A stretch of DNA of 64,000 bases from a phage, in assembly GCA_025677605.1 (NCBI GenBank), contig GCA_025677605.1_4110.1; one strand, given 5' to 3'. The position numbers and the translations under genes are program-made. Position 1 is the first letter of the stretch. Each line of letters starts with the position of its first letter. Shown in pieces: positions 27,431 through 35,961 of this stretch. A model generated the notes under the pieces. That model worked only from the letters and a program-made list of their open reading frames with translations, was not told where the DNA came from and did no database searches.

Positions 27431-28036
27431 TTATTGAATGATTCCCCATTTAACGAGATCTGATCTTCGTAATACAACGATATCCTCACCATGTTTAGTA
27501 CTGATATCAATGAGTGTTTCAGCGGGGATACCGTTATGTGCGTACAGTGTAAAAAGATACCCAACTTTAGTTGAGACTTGATGTGTAAACTCCATCAACT
27601 GTCTAACTGAAACGAATGTCGTATCTGGATCTGCACCATTCGTAGATACTAGTGAGATGTTATGTAAACCCATCACTGCGGTATCACTCATATCCCTACG
27701 TTCAGATGATGCAGAGAAAAAAACCAGACTACAAGACGAATTACATTGCTTTGGGACATAAACAGTTAACTTTTTAGCAGCCACAAAAAATCCCAAATCT
27801 AATCCTGCATCAAAATCTCCACCAGGTGATGTTATTGTTATAATTTTAAATCTTGTTTCTTTCCACAACTTCTTCACTTCTTGTACAGTTTCATCATTTA
27901 GTTCACCATCAATTGACACAACATGTTCATTTAATAGAAAAACAGATGATTTTTTTGAAACTTCTGCCGCTGCCGGAAAGTTTAATGCAGCGATTAAAAC
28001 AACGGTTTGTACAATCTCTTTCAAGATTCGTTTCAT
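27431..28036 (-). CDS. secreted ClpP/S49-like serine-protease-fold protein
   Basis: N-terminal signal peptide ending AAAEV; ITSPGGDFDAGLDL resembles the ClpP INSPGG..AGLAIYD motif. Confidence 0.45.
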   Translation of the reverse strand: MKRILKEIVQTVVLIAALNFPAAAEVSKKSSVFLLNEHVVSIDGELNDETVQEVKKLWKETRFKIITITSPGGDFDAGLDLGFFVAAKKLTVYVPKQCNSSCSLVFFSASSERRDMSDTAVMGLHNISLVSTNGADPDTTFVSVRQLMEFTHQVSTKVGYLFTLYAHNGIPAETLIDISTKHGEDIVVLRRSDLVKWGIIQ

Positions 28037-28234
28037 TGATTACCTCGGATTTGAGTTAAGGAACATAAATAATAGTACAATAATTGATCAATTATGTCAA
28101 GTGCAAAACTGAACAATTATGACTGTAGTATCAAGTGTTTTTGTTAAGTTCATTGATTTACCAATTGACCATTTGAACTATGGTATCATATTGGGAGGCA
28201 GTTTACAATCCCATTTTTAAGGTAAGGAGATGTT
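28037..28234. promoter_or_regulatory. divergent intergenic control region
   Basis: 198-bp AT-rich gap between divergent genes; TTGACC and TATCAT hexamers, GTTTAC at 28201, duplicated CAATTATG and palindrome TTGATCAA; AAGGAG RBS before ATG 28235. Confidence 0.35.
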
Positions 28235-28750
28235 ATGAAACCAATAGCTGGCTTAGATCAATTTCCATTTGTTATAGGTGGATTGCAGGTTACTGCTGCA
28301 AAGATAGAAGGGCAAGTATTTGTTAAAGAATTGTATGTTATAAAACAAAGAACATTCGATTCATATGATTTAATATCTGAAAATTTCAAGATTTACAAAG
28401 ATATAAAAATCACAGGTAGAAATAAAGATAAATCAACATTGTTGTATGATGATGACGATGCTGAAATTGCTAAATCTTTAGCAAATAATACATTTTGCAT
28501 AAAAGAAGCTGATGCTATTAATAATAAGTATGGTTTTGGTATTCAATATCAAAGTAATAAAATAAAATTACATAATGGTGAAATAATTTTCAGAAGAACG
28601 AACGTGGAGCCAAATTCGTTGTCTAAAGTTATAATAAAGCCAGATGATTTTGTTCTTTATTCAAATGATAAAATGCAATTCACTGCTTACTTCTCTCCGA
28701 AAGATTGGCCTGACCAAACCAGATTTCCACCGTATGCTCGTTTCCAATAA
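28235..28750 (+). CDS. island paralogue A (shared N-terminal domain only)
   Basis: 171 aa; AAGGAG RBS; N-terminal ~130 aa homologous to N-termini of the two following plus-strand ORFs. Confidence 0.8.
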   Translation: MKPIAGLDQFPFVIGGLQVTAAKIEGQVFVKELYVIKQRTFDSYDLISENFKIYKDIKITGRNKDKSTLLYDDDDAEIAKSLANNTFCIKEADAINNKYGFGIQYQSNKIKLHNGEIIFRRTNVEPNSLSKVIIKPDDFVLYSNDKMQFTAYFSPKDWPDQTRFPPYARFQ

Positions 28751-28761
28751 CTTTATATTTT

Positions 28762-28788
28762 AAGGAGTCTTCGGACTCCTTTTTTTAA
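28762..28788 (+). terminator. rho-independent terminator
   Basis: stem ggagtc/gactcc with TTCG tetraloop (28764-28779) followed by T8. Confidence 0.7.
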
Positions 28789-28810
28789 TCCTAAAATACT
28801 TTTGGTATAA

Positions 28811-28818
28811 TATAAATA
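28811..28818 (+). promoter_or_regulatory. T4-type late promoter motif TATAAATA
   Basis: tataaata located 37 nt upstream of ATG 28855, after the terminator. Confidence 0.4.
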
Positions 28819-28854
28819 ATATAACACTACAATACAATTTATAAAGGAAAGTAT

Positions 28855-31023
28855 ATGAAAGCAATATCTAGTGAAGGTAAATTGCCTTTTGGTATTGGTG
28901 GTATTAAAGTTTCTGTCGCTAAAATCGATGGTAAGGTGTTAACCGAAACTTTATATATTAACCGTCAACGTTCCGGTAACGTGTATGATCTCATCAATGA
29001 TAATGGTGATATCTATTACAAAGTTTCCATGCGTTGGTATGATACTCGTGGTATCGACATTCCAAATTCTGTTGAACCAGCAGACGCAATTAATATGGTT
29101 CAAGACAATTCATTCATGATCTATGTTGATGATGGTATTAGCATGGGATATACTATGCTTTATATGGGTCGTGTTATTAAATTAAATAATGGTCGCATCG
29201 TAAAACGCGATTATGTTAATGCTGATATCCCCGTAACTGGTGTTGTAATTACACCCAAAGATGCATCTCTTAAAGTTGGTGCAACAAAACAACTATCAGC
29301 CCAAGTAGTTCCATCTAATGCAAAAGACAAGGCAGTAACCTACTCTTCATCTGCTCCTACAATCGTTGAAGTTGATGCTCAAACAGGTCTAGCAACTGCA
29401 CTTGCAAATGGCAATGCTGATGTAACCGTAACAACTCACGATGGTGATTTCACAGATGTGTGTTCTATCGTTGTCAGTACTGGTGTTACAGGTGTTACTG
29501 TTTCTCCTAAAACTGCAACGGTGAATGTTGGAGAAACTCAACAATTGTTAGCTGAAGTTTCTCCTGCATCTGCAACTGATAAGAAAGTTACATGGGCTTC
29601 ATCTGCTCCATCCGTTGCAACAGTTGATAAAGATTCTGGGTTGGTAACAGGTGTATCCAATGGTGATGTTACTATTACTGCAACAACTGAAGATGGTTCA
29701 TTGACTGATACTTCTTCTATTAAAGTTCAAACAGCAGTAACTGGTGTTACGTTAACACCTGAAACATATACATTCACTACTATTGGTGCAAATGAACCAT
29801 TAACAGCAACGGTACTACCAAGAACTGCATCAAATCAGGAAGTTCGTTATGAATCTTCTGCACCTACAGTAGCAGAAGTTGATGATGACGGTTTAGTAAC
29901 TTCTGTTAATAATGGTACTGCCACTATTACCGTAACAACTATTGATGGTGAAAAAACCGCACAATCAATTATTGATGTGACGATCCCAGTAACTGGTATT
30001 AACCTAACACCTGCAACCGCTTCATTAACTTCTGTTGGTGCAACACAGCAATTAACTGCAACTGTTCTACCAGCTAATGCTCGTAACAAAGCAGTAACAT
30101 ACGCAACTTCTGCTGCTGGTGTTGCAACCGTTAGTACAAGTGGTTTAATCACTGCGGTAGCGAATGGCACTGCTAATATCACGGCTACTACTGCTGATGG
30201 TGGCTTTAGTAAAGTTTGTGCAGTAACTGTAGCAATTCCAGTTCCAGTAACAACTATTAATGTTACTCCAGCAACTAAAACATTGACTGCTGTTAACGCA
30301 ACTCAAGCAATGGCTGCTGAAGTTCTTCCAGCTAACGCAACTAATAAAGCTGTAACATGGTCTTCTAGTGCACCTGCTGTAGCGAAAGTTGATGCTAGTA
30401 CTGGTGTTGTAACTGCGTTAACTAACGGTACTGCAAACATTATCGCAACTGCCGCTGATGGAAGTGGTAAAACAGGTCAAGGTGTCATTACTGTGTCAAT
30501 CCCAGTTCCTGTAGCTAGTGTTTCTGTTTCTCCAACAACAGCAACATTAACATCTGTTGGTGCAACTCAACAACTAACACCAACTGTACTACCAGCTAAT
30601 GCTACTAACAAAGCAGTAACTTATAGTACTTCTGCTGCTGGGGTCGCAACTGTTAGTGCAAGTGGTTTAATCACTGCTGTTGCAAACGGTACTGCTGATA
30701 TCACTGTAAAAACTACTGATGGTGCAAAAACTGCAAAATGTGCTGTAACTGTTAATATTCCAGTACCAGTATCCAGCGTTGGTTTAACACCTAAAGCCAC
30801 TGATCTTTCACTATCAGGTACTAAAACAGTTCAACTAGTTCCAGAAGTTCTTCCAGCTAACGCAACTAACAAATCAGTAACTTATAGTGCAGATGAACCT
30901 ACTAAAGTATCTATTAGTGATGATGGATTAGTAACTGCTCTAGAAGAAGGTACTGTAGTCATTACAGTGACTACTGTGAATGGCAATAAAACTGATACTG
31001 CAACTGTAACAATCAGTGCTTAA
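28855..31023 (+). CDS. island paralogue B: shared N-terminal domain fused to seven tandem Big_2 (bacterial Ig-like) domains
   Basis: 722 aa; N-terminal domain paralogous to A and C; then seven ~85-aa repeats of pattern VTGV.. P.tat..vG.tqqL.a.VLPanAtnK.VT..SS.p.vAtV...GlvTav.nGTa.ITa.T.DG. Confidence 0.85.
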   Translation: MKAISSEGKLPFGIGGIKVSVAKIDGKVLTETLYINRQRSGNVYDLINDNGDIYYKVSMRWYDTRGIDIPNSVEPADAINMVQDNSFMIYVDDGISMGYTMLYMGRVIKLNNGRIVKRDYVNADIPVTGVVITPKDASLKVGATKQLSAQVVPSNAKDKAVTYSSSAPTIVEVDAQTGLATALANGNADVTVTTHDGDFTDVCSIVVSTGVTGVTVSPKTATVNVGETQQLLAEVSPASATDKKVTWASSAPSVATVDKDSGLVTGVSNGDVTITATTEDGSLTDTSSIKVQTAVTGVTLTPETYTFTTIGANEPLTATVLPRTASNQEVRYESSAPTVAEVDDDGLVTSVNNGTATITVTTIDGEKTAQSIIDVTIPVTGINLTPATASLTSVGATQQLTATVLPANARNKAVTYATSAAGVATVSTSGLITAVANGTANITATTADGGFSKVCAVTVAIPVPVTTINVTPATKTLTAVNATQAMAAEVLPANATNKAVTWSSSAPAVAKVDASTGVVTALTNGTANIIATAADGSGKTGQGVITVSIPVPVASVSVSPTTATLTSVGATQQLTPTVLPANATNKAVTYSTSAAGVATVSASGLITAVANGTADITVKTTDGAKTAKCAVTVNIPVPVSSVGLTPKATDLSLSGTKTVQLVPEVLPANATNKSVTYSADEPTKVSISDDGLVTALEEGTVVITVTTVNGNKTDTATVTISA
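29236..31020 (+). repeat. tandem array of seven Big_2-coding repeats (~255 bp each)
   Basis: repeat units 4 and 6 (about 30010-30180 and 30550-30720) are roughly 85 percent identical at DNA level by eye. Confidence 0.7.
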
Positions 31024-31038
31024 TTTTTAATAATATAG

Positions 31039-31060
31039 TGCATGAAAATTATCATGCACT
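31039..31060 (+). promoter_or_regulatory. inverted repeat between island genes B and C
   Basis: gtgcatg-aaaattat-catgcac perfect 7-bp inverted repeat without a T-run. Confidence 0.3.
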
Positions 31061-31080
31061 TTACTTGGAGAAGTATAATA

Positions 31081-31455
31081 ATGGGTAAACCAATTGCATT
31101 AACCGGAAGACTTCCTTTTTCTATTAATGGTATCGAAATTACTGGTGCTAAAATTAATGGAGCAGCTATTCTTGGTAAACTATATATTTTAAAACAACGT
31201 TCAGCACATACTTATGATCTAATCGATGAAAGCGGTAAGGTTTATGAATATGTTCAGATGGTGTATAGAAATAAAGATTCATATATCATGAATTTCGAAG
31301 ATTCAGATGAAAGCCTTGTAGAAAGCCTAAGAGATAATACTTTCTTCATTAAATTGAAAGATGAAGAAGCAGGTATTGAAGGGTTTTGCACTATGTACAT
31401 GATTCACAAAATTAAATTACATAATGGACAATACATCCTACGTAAAAAAGCATAA
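31081..31455 (+). CDS. island paralogue C (shared N-terminal domain only)
   Basis: likely ATG 31081 (MGKPIALTG...) with GGAGAAG RBS; 124 aa homologous to N-termini of A and B. Confidence 0.75.
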   Translation: MGKPIALTGRLPFSINGIEITGAKINGAAILGKLYILKQRSAHTYDLIDESGKVYEYVQMVYRNKDSYIMNFEDSDESLVESLRDNTFFIKLKDEEAGIEGFCTMYMIHKIKLHNGQYILRKKA

Positions 31456-31482
31456 TAAAAAAGGAGCCATAGGCTCCTTTTC
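31456..31482. terminator. bidirectional rho-independent terminator
   Basis: stem ggagcc/ggctcc with loop ata, flanked by A7 upstream and T4 downstream; sits between convergent genes. Confidence 0.6.
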
Positions 31483-31743
31483 TCATTTATTTAACTTTTC
31501 AACAACATAATCAACATCAATTTGGTTATCATAGTAAATTGTAAAGCCAAATCTACCAGTTACTTTCATTTCACGACCAGTAGTGTGGCTAACATTCACA
31601 ATGTAGTACTTGTTATTATGCGGGGAAAAACGTACTTGATAATTCTTATTACCACGCATTGAATAATCAGTATCAACTAAACAATAGATAGCAAACAATA
31701 CAAATATAACAATACAACCTAGAAACAAATATACCATTGTCAT
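31483..31743 (-). CDS. small membrane protein
   Basis: 86 aa with N-terminal TM segment VYLFLGCIVIFVLFAIYCLV. Confidence 0.5.
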   Translation of the reverse strand: MTMVYLFLGCIVIFVLFAIYCLVDTDYSMRGNKNYQVRFSPHNNKYYIVNVSHTTGREMKVTGRFGFTIYYDNQIDVDYVVEKLNK

Positions 31744-32222
31744 TTATTGAGTCCATTATCATAGATACAATTTACAATAATCCCAGCATCTTCCAGTACT
31801 TTAATAGCTTCTGGTGGAGTGCGAGGATACGATTTTTCGTAAATTACACGAGAAATACCACTACCAGCGATTAACTTAGAACAAGTATAGCACGGTTGGA
31901 GTGTGGTGTAAAGTGTTGCACCCTGACGTTCTTGTGGTGAACTATATAGTAATGCATTCATTTCCGCATGGATCTCATGAATGTTGCTCCACTCGTGATG
32001 TAAGTGTTTTGCATCTTCATCAATCCAATCCTGAAACTGACCATTGTTTACGAGATGTTTATTAACATCACAACAGTTAGGTTGCTTTGATGGTGTACCG
32101 TTATATCCAGTACTCAATACTCGGTTATTCTTTACAATAACACAACCTACTTTCTGGGAAAGACACTTACTTTCCTCAGCAACGACACTGGCTATCTTCA
32201 ACCACGTTGTATGTTTCATCAT
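31740..32222 (-). CDS. cd: dCMP deaminase
   Basis: HAEMNAL and PCYTCSKLI zinc-binding motifs; overall collinear with T4 Cd. Confidence 0.85.
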   Translation of the reverse strand: MMKHTTWLKIASVVAEESKCLSQKVGCVIVKNNRVLSTGYNGTPSKQPNCCDVNKHLVNNGQFQDWIDEDAKHLHHEWSNIHEIHAEMNALLYSSPQERQGATLYTTLQPCYTCSKLIAGSGISRVIYEKSYPRTPPEAIKVLEDAGIIVNCIYDNGLNK

Positions 32223-32697
32223 ATGTCCCTAAATTGGTTAATAGTTCTTTACAGATCTGATGTGTACGTAAAATACGCATATAGTCTACTATATCTTTCT
32301 GTGTAATGTCAAATGGTTTTGAGCTATAAACATTCCAGCAACGAACGATTTCCAGAATGAAATCCACTTCCTTATTCATAATCTTATCAACTGCCACGAT
32401 AACATCTTTTTCGTTTTGTTCTAATGTACGACCAGTATCTGAAAAAATCCCACCTAATGTGAACATCGCCCCACTATACAACCCAATAAAAATATCAGAT
32501 GGTTTGTACATATTATACATAGTAAGTGCATAAATTTTCATGAAGATATTACGGTGAAAGTGTTTGTATGTTTTTTCTTTAGCTTCGTCTGATACACGGT
32601 CAGCTTCCGAAATACATTGTCGCACAAGTTCCAACGTATTGTTTACGTTCTTTAGCCAAATATCAGTATCTTCTTGTGATAATTGATTATAGTTCAT
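32176..32697 (-). CDS. hypothetical protein
   Basis: 173 aa ORF; 3-prime end overlaps cd start region, exact boundaries uncertain. Confidence 0.45.
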   Translation of the reverse strand: MNYNQLSQEDTDIWLKNVNNTLELVRQCISEADRVSDEAKEKTYKHFHRNIFMKIYALTMYNMYKPSDIFIGLYSGAMFTLGGIFSDTGRTLEQNEKDVIVAVDKIMNKEVDFILEIVRCWNVYSSKPFDITQKDIVDYMRILRTHQICKELLTNLGTYDETYNVVEDSQCRC

Positions 32698-32698
32698 A

Positions 32699-33208
32699 TC
32701 ACTCCTTTAATTTTAAAGATTCAACCATCTCTTCACACATTTTCATGTGATGATATTGTTTTTCATCTAAAGTATATGGGATATTACGACCTTGTAAATC
32801 CATACTAATATCATAATTTCTATACATAAATGACGAGTGCTTAATCATAAATGTTACAGCTTCCCAAACTTTACCCGATTCTTCATATATTTCCTTAGTA
32901 TTGATTGATGTTAATTTTCTAATTTTTTTAATATCCATACCAACAATTGTTGAATTGAAATCAAGTCCAATGTAATTAAAATTCATACAATTATATCTTA
33001 ATACTAGTCCATCTCCCTCAGTTATAGTAGTAAGAAACCACTGGTAATCATTAATTTTATGATACCATTTTCTTGTATTCAAATAATTATCGTACCATTT
33101 CTTGGTTATTTCTATTGCTTCAGTACTGATATTTTTTGCGTACTCATTTATTAAAAACATATTTTTTGAGAACTCAATACTGCTTTCTTTAGTGATTTTA
33201 AAGATCAT
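32699..33208 (-). CDS. hypothetical protein
   Basis: 169 aa ORF. Confidence 0.5.
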   Translation of the reverse strand: MIFKITKESSIEFSKNMFLINEYAKNISTEAIEITKKWYDNYLNTRKWYHKINDYQWFLTTITEGDGLVLRYNCMNFNYIGLDFNSTIVGMDIKKIRKLTSINTKEIYEESGKVWEAVTFMIKHSSFMYRNYDISMDLQGRNIPYTLDEKQYHHMKMCEEMVESLKLKE

Positions 33209-33561
33209 TAAAGTATTACCTCCTTCCTAGTGTTACTTGCGTCGCACCAATAAAAGACGTGCCAGTCAGGAAACTCCTTCTTTATTTGTACTGCACAAGC
33301 TTGACTTAATATATGTGATGCTTGTTGGATCATAAACATCCCAGGTGCTTCCACATTTATCATATCCGATGGTGACAGATATGAACTCCAATTGGATGCC
33401 TCCCAAATTTGCTGGTAAACATACAAGCTATGCATTAAACCTGCACTAAAAAGTTTTTTGTATCCATCAAGATCATCATTAATCCAATAGTCTCCTGTTT
33501 CAGAAGTCCATATAGGATCAGATGAATAATCCATATCAACAGAAATGTAAACTTTACTCAT
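33208..33561 (-). CDS. hypothetical protein
   Basis: 117 aa ORF. Confidence 0.5.
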   Translation of the reverse strand: MSKVYISVDMDYSSDPIWTSETGDYWINDDLDGYKKLFSAGLMHSLYVYQQIWEASNWSSYLSPSDMINVEAPGMFMIQQASHILSQACAVQIKKEFPDWHVFYWCDASNTRKEVIL

Positions 33562-33581
33562 ATAATTTACCTATGCGAAAA

Positions 33582-33599
33582 GGGAGTACAATGACTCCC
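33582..33599 (-). terminator. terminator-like hairpin
   Basis: stem gggagt/actccc with loop acaatg followed on minus strand by uuuucg. Confidence 0.4.
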
Positions 33600-33609
33600 A
33601 TTTATTTAA

Positions 33610-34056
33610 TCACTTTTCGGTCGGTGTATAGTTATATTGTTGACAATCTTCAACAGTTAATACACCTTCATCGTAGCCGTACTGAAGTACAATATCAAAT
33701 GCTTCATCTACCATAGTAACAACATCACGATAACGGACAATAGTATGTGCACGTTTTTCAACAGCTTTCATGATACCCATTAGCAGCCATTTACCTTCGT
33801 CGGTATGTAGTTTTGCAAAACGTGGTCGTTTAGTTGCTGCCATAATATCAGTCCAATCAGCCTTAAAGACTTCAGGACGTTTAGGTATATCAAACAATGT
33901 AGTTGGGAAGGTTACATTGTTTTTCTTCATTGCGTCAGCTTGTGCAGCACGATAGCCTTGACGGAAAATTGGATGCTGCATTTTAAGTTGTTCTGGTGAC
34001 AATACTAGTTTATTTTTAAACGCATCATAACCATCTTTGTATTGTTCATTAGCCAT
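33610..34056 (-). CDS. hypothetical protein
   Basis: track ORF trimmed to internal ATG (MANEQYKDGY) to remove overlap with upstream gene; start uncertain. Confidence 0.45.
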   Translation of the reverse strand: MANEQYKDGYDAFKNKLVLSPEQLKMQHPIFRQGYRAAQADAMKKNNVTFPTTLFDIPKRPEVFKADWTDIMAATKRPRFAKLHTDEGKWLLMGIMKAVEKRAHTIVRYRDVVTMVDEAFDIVLQYGYDEGVLTVEDCQQYNYTPTEK

Positions 34057-34060
34057 TGTA

Positions 34061-34354
34061 TTATTCCTTATCTTCTGTGCTGACAGCTTTTTTCTCGTTG
34101 AATGAACCGTGTTCGGCTCGCAAATTTGCAGCATATTGCACCGCATCAATTGGTTTAATATTGTTCTTCATAAGAACTTCTTGCATCAATTCAAGAATTT
34201 CAGCCATACCAACCAGTAGGTCTTCTGATTCTTTAATGTCTTTTAGTGCTAACGCTTGAGTACTGATCTGCTCTAGTGCAGTACTGATGAATTCCGAATC
34301 ATCAAGAATTTCAACTTCTTCAGTGCTAGAGTTTCGTACAAGTTTCTTTGACAT
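34061..34354 (-). CDS. small acidic protein immediately downstream of clpP
   Basis: 97 aa, Glu/Asp-rich, helical composition. Confidence 0.5.
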   Translation of the reverse strand: MSKKLVRNSSTEEVEILDDSEFISTALEQISTQALALKDIKESEDLLVGMAEILELMQEVLMKNNIKPIDAVQYAANLRAEHGSFNEKKAVSTEDKE

Positions 34355-34417
34355 TTTAACTCCTTAGAAAATGCCCCACAAAGTGAGGCATAATATATTT
34401 TAAGTTTTAGTACTGAA

Positions 34418-35113
34418 TTATACCCACTCTTCCACGCCACCGCGACGTTTAACTAGGTATTGACCTTTTTCATTACGTGGACCAAGGATAATACCATCGA
34501 TAAATCCAAGTTCACCATACTCAAGTGCTTCATCTGCACTCAACCACAAATCGCGGTCCGCATCTTCTAGTAGTTTTTCATGAGAAACACCTACAGCTTC
34601 AGCGATTTCTTTCGTCAGCAATGTGTTCAATGCATCAGAGTGTTTTAGTGCAATTTTCTGATCAGTGATCAGACCTTGTGTACCAGAACTTACTTGGTGA
34701 CACATAAAGTACGAGCGTTTACCACCAAGACGATAACCTTTAGTACCAACTACTGATTGTGTGTAGCAACCCATTGATGCTGCATAACCCATCACTACTG
34801 TGCGGATTGGTGATACACAAGATTTAGCAATATCAGAAATACCCAAACCTGCATGAACACTACCACCCGGCGAGGAAATATAAAGAGTAATTGGTTCAGA
34901 ACCTTGAGAATCCAACCACACCAATTGTTGCTTGATGATATGTGCCATCTGGTCGTTGAAATCAGTATCAAGGAAAATGATACGGTCTTGCATCATACGA
35001 GATGCTAGATCATAAGTACGTTCGTTGCCATTAACTTTTTCAACTACATATGGAATTGAAATGTTAGTTGTTTCACCATTCGCATAACCACCAAACATAA
35101 ATTGTTGAGTCAT
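34418..35113 (-). CDS. clpP: ATP-dependent Clp protease proteolytic subunit-like serine peptidase
   Basis: ISSPGGSVHAGLGI, catalytic GYAASMG, HQ and DRD motifs collinear with ClpP. Confidence 0.85.
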   Translation of the reverse strand: MTQQFMFGGYANGETTNISIPYVVEKVNGNERTYDLASRMMQDRIIFLDTDFNDQMAHIIKQQLVWLDSQGSEPITLYISSPGGSVHAGLGISDIAKSCVSPIRTVVMGYAASMGCYTQSVVGTKGYRLGGKRSYFMCHQVSSGTQGLITDQKIALKHSDALNTLLTKEIAEAVGVSHEKLLEDADRDLWLSADEALEYGELGFIDGIILGPRNEKGQYLVKRRGGVEEWV

Positions 35114-35145
35114 TGTATATTTTCCTCTATTGTTTCATTGATGTG

Positions 35146-35157
35146 AGTATTATATCA
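35146..35157 (-). promoter_or_regulatory. extended -10 promoter-like element upstream of clpP
   Basis: minus-strand TGATATAAT (TGnTATAAT) about 40 nt upstream of the clpP ATG. Confidence 0.3.
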
Positions 35158-35173
35158 CAGTGTTCGTATTTGT

Positions 35174-35557
35174 CTACAATTTTCTTGTAAAATCTAGTAA
35201 ACCGTAAATTGTTTCTTTGTTGTACAGAGTTGGGTCTATCTTCAGTAACCTAACCATACCTGTATCATACACAGAAGTGTTGGTAATGTCAAACAAAGAA
35301 TGCGTATAATATTGGTCAGTACTGACATAAATGAAGAATTCGTTCGATTTATCTAAATCTTCAAAGAAAACTGCATCATAGTATTCAGCACGACCATCAA
35401 TATACACTTCAACTGAATCATCATCCAGCCAGTAGTGAGAGATTTCAGTACTGTTCTGTTGTAACTTTGTTTCACCTCTAGTGTGGTGTAAGTTTGCATT
35501 TAACACGTACTTGATTTCGTTATTATATACAATTGTGTACACAGTAATAATTTTCAT
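35174..35557 (-). CDS. hypothetical protein
   Basis: 127 aa ORF. Confidence 0.5.
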   Translation of the reverse strand: MKIITVYTIVYNNEIKYVLNANLHHTRGETKLQQNSTEISHYWLDDDSVEVYIDGRAEYYDAVFFEDLDKSNEFFIYVSTDQYYTHSLFDITNTSVYDTGMVRLLKIDPTLYNKETIYGLLDFTRKL

Positions 35558-35952
35558 CAGTACTCCCTAATTGATACCAGTGCGTTAAGAAATTCTAAAC
35601 GAATTCCACATGGTATGGTATCAAAATCAACCTCAATCATTCTTAATGAATCAGGGATTTCATTTCTAAAGAACATATTACATGCAAAAGTACTGAAAGG
35701 TAACACATCACCTTTACTATCATCACAAACAACAACGTACACTTTACCACTAAAAGAATCCAAATCATCTGCTCTCTGGATATCACGACTATAGTGATAC
35801 CTATCTTTCAGTACTGAGTTGATTCCTTTCTTATCATCATAGAATTGAACTTTATCACAATATGTCACCAGACGCATACCATATCTTTGGAACATACGAG
35901 CACTTCCATTGATTACGATCATTTTGTCTTTTGTATGCAATGTATATATCAT
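35557..35952 (-). CDS. hypothetical protein
   Basis: 131 aa ORF. Confidence 0.5.
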   Translation of the reverse strand: MIYTLHTKDKMIVINGSARMFQRYGMRLVTYCDKVQFYDDKKGINSVLKDRYHYSRDIQRADDLDSFSGKVYVVVCDDSKGDVLPFSTFACNMFFRNEIPDSLRMIEVDFDTIPCGIRLEFLNALVSIREY

Positions 35953-35961
35953 AGTAATCCC

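Noticed and set aside
29847-30182. 111-aa minus-strand ORF inside the Big_2 gene
   Set aside because: Antisense to a well-supported plus-strand gene; its Ala/Val-rich translation is the mirror of the Thr/Ala/Val-rich sense codons.
28855-31023. T4 Hoc (outer capsid protein) identity for the Big_2 protein
   Set aside because: Hoc also has Ig-like domains, but the architecture here (novel N-terminal domain plus seven Big_2 repeats, with two short paralogues) does not match; left as an uncharacterised Ig-repeat protein.
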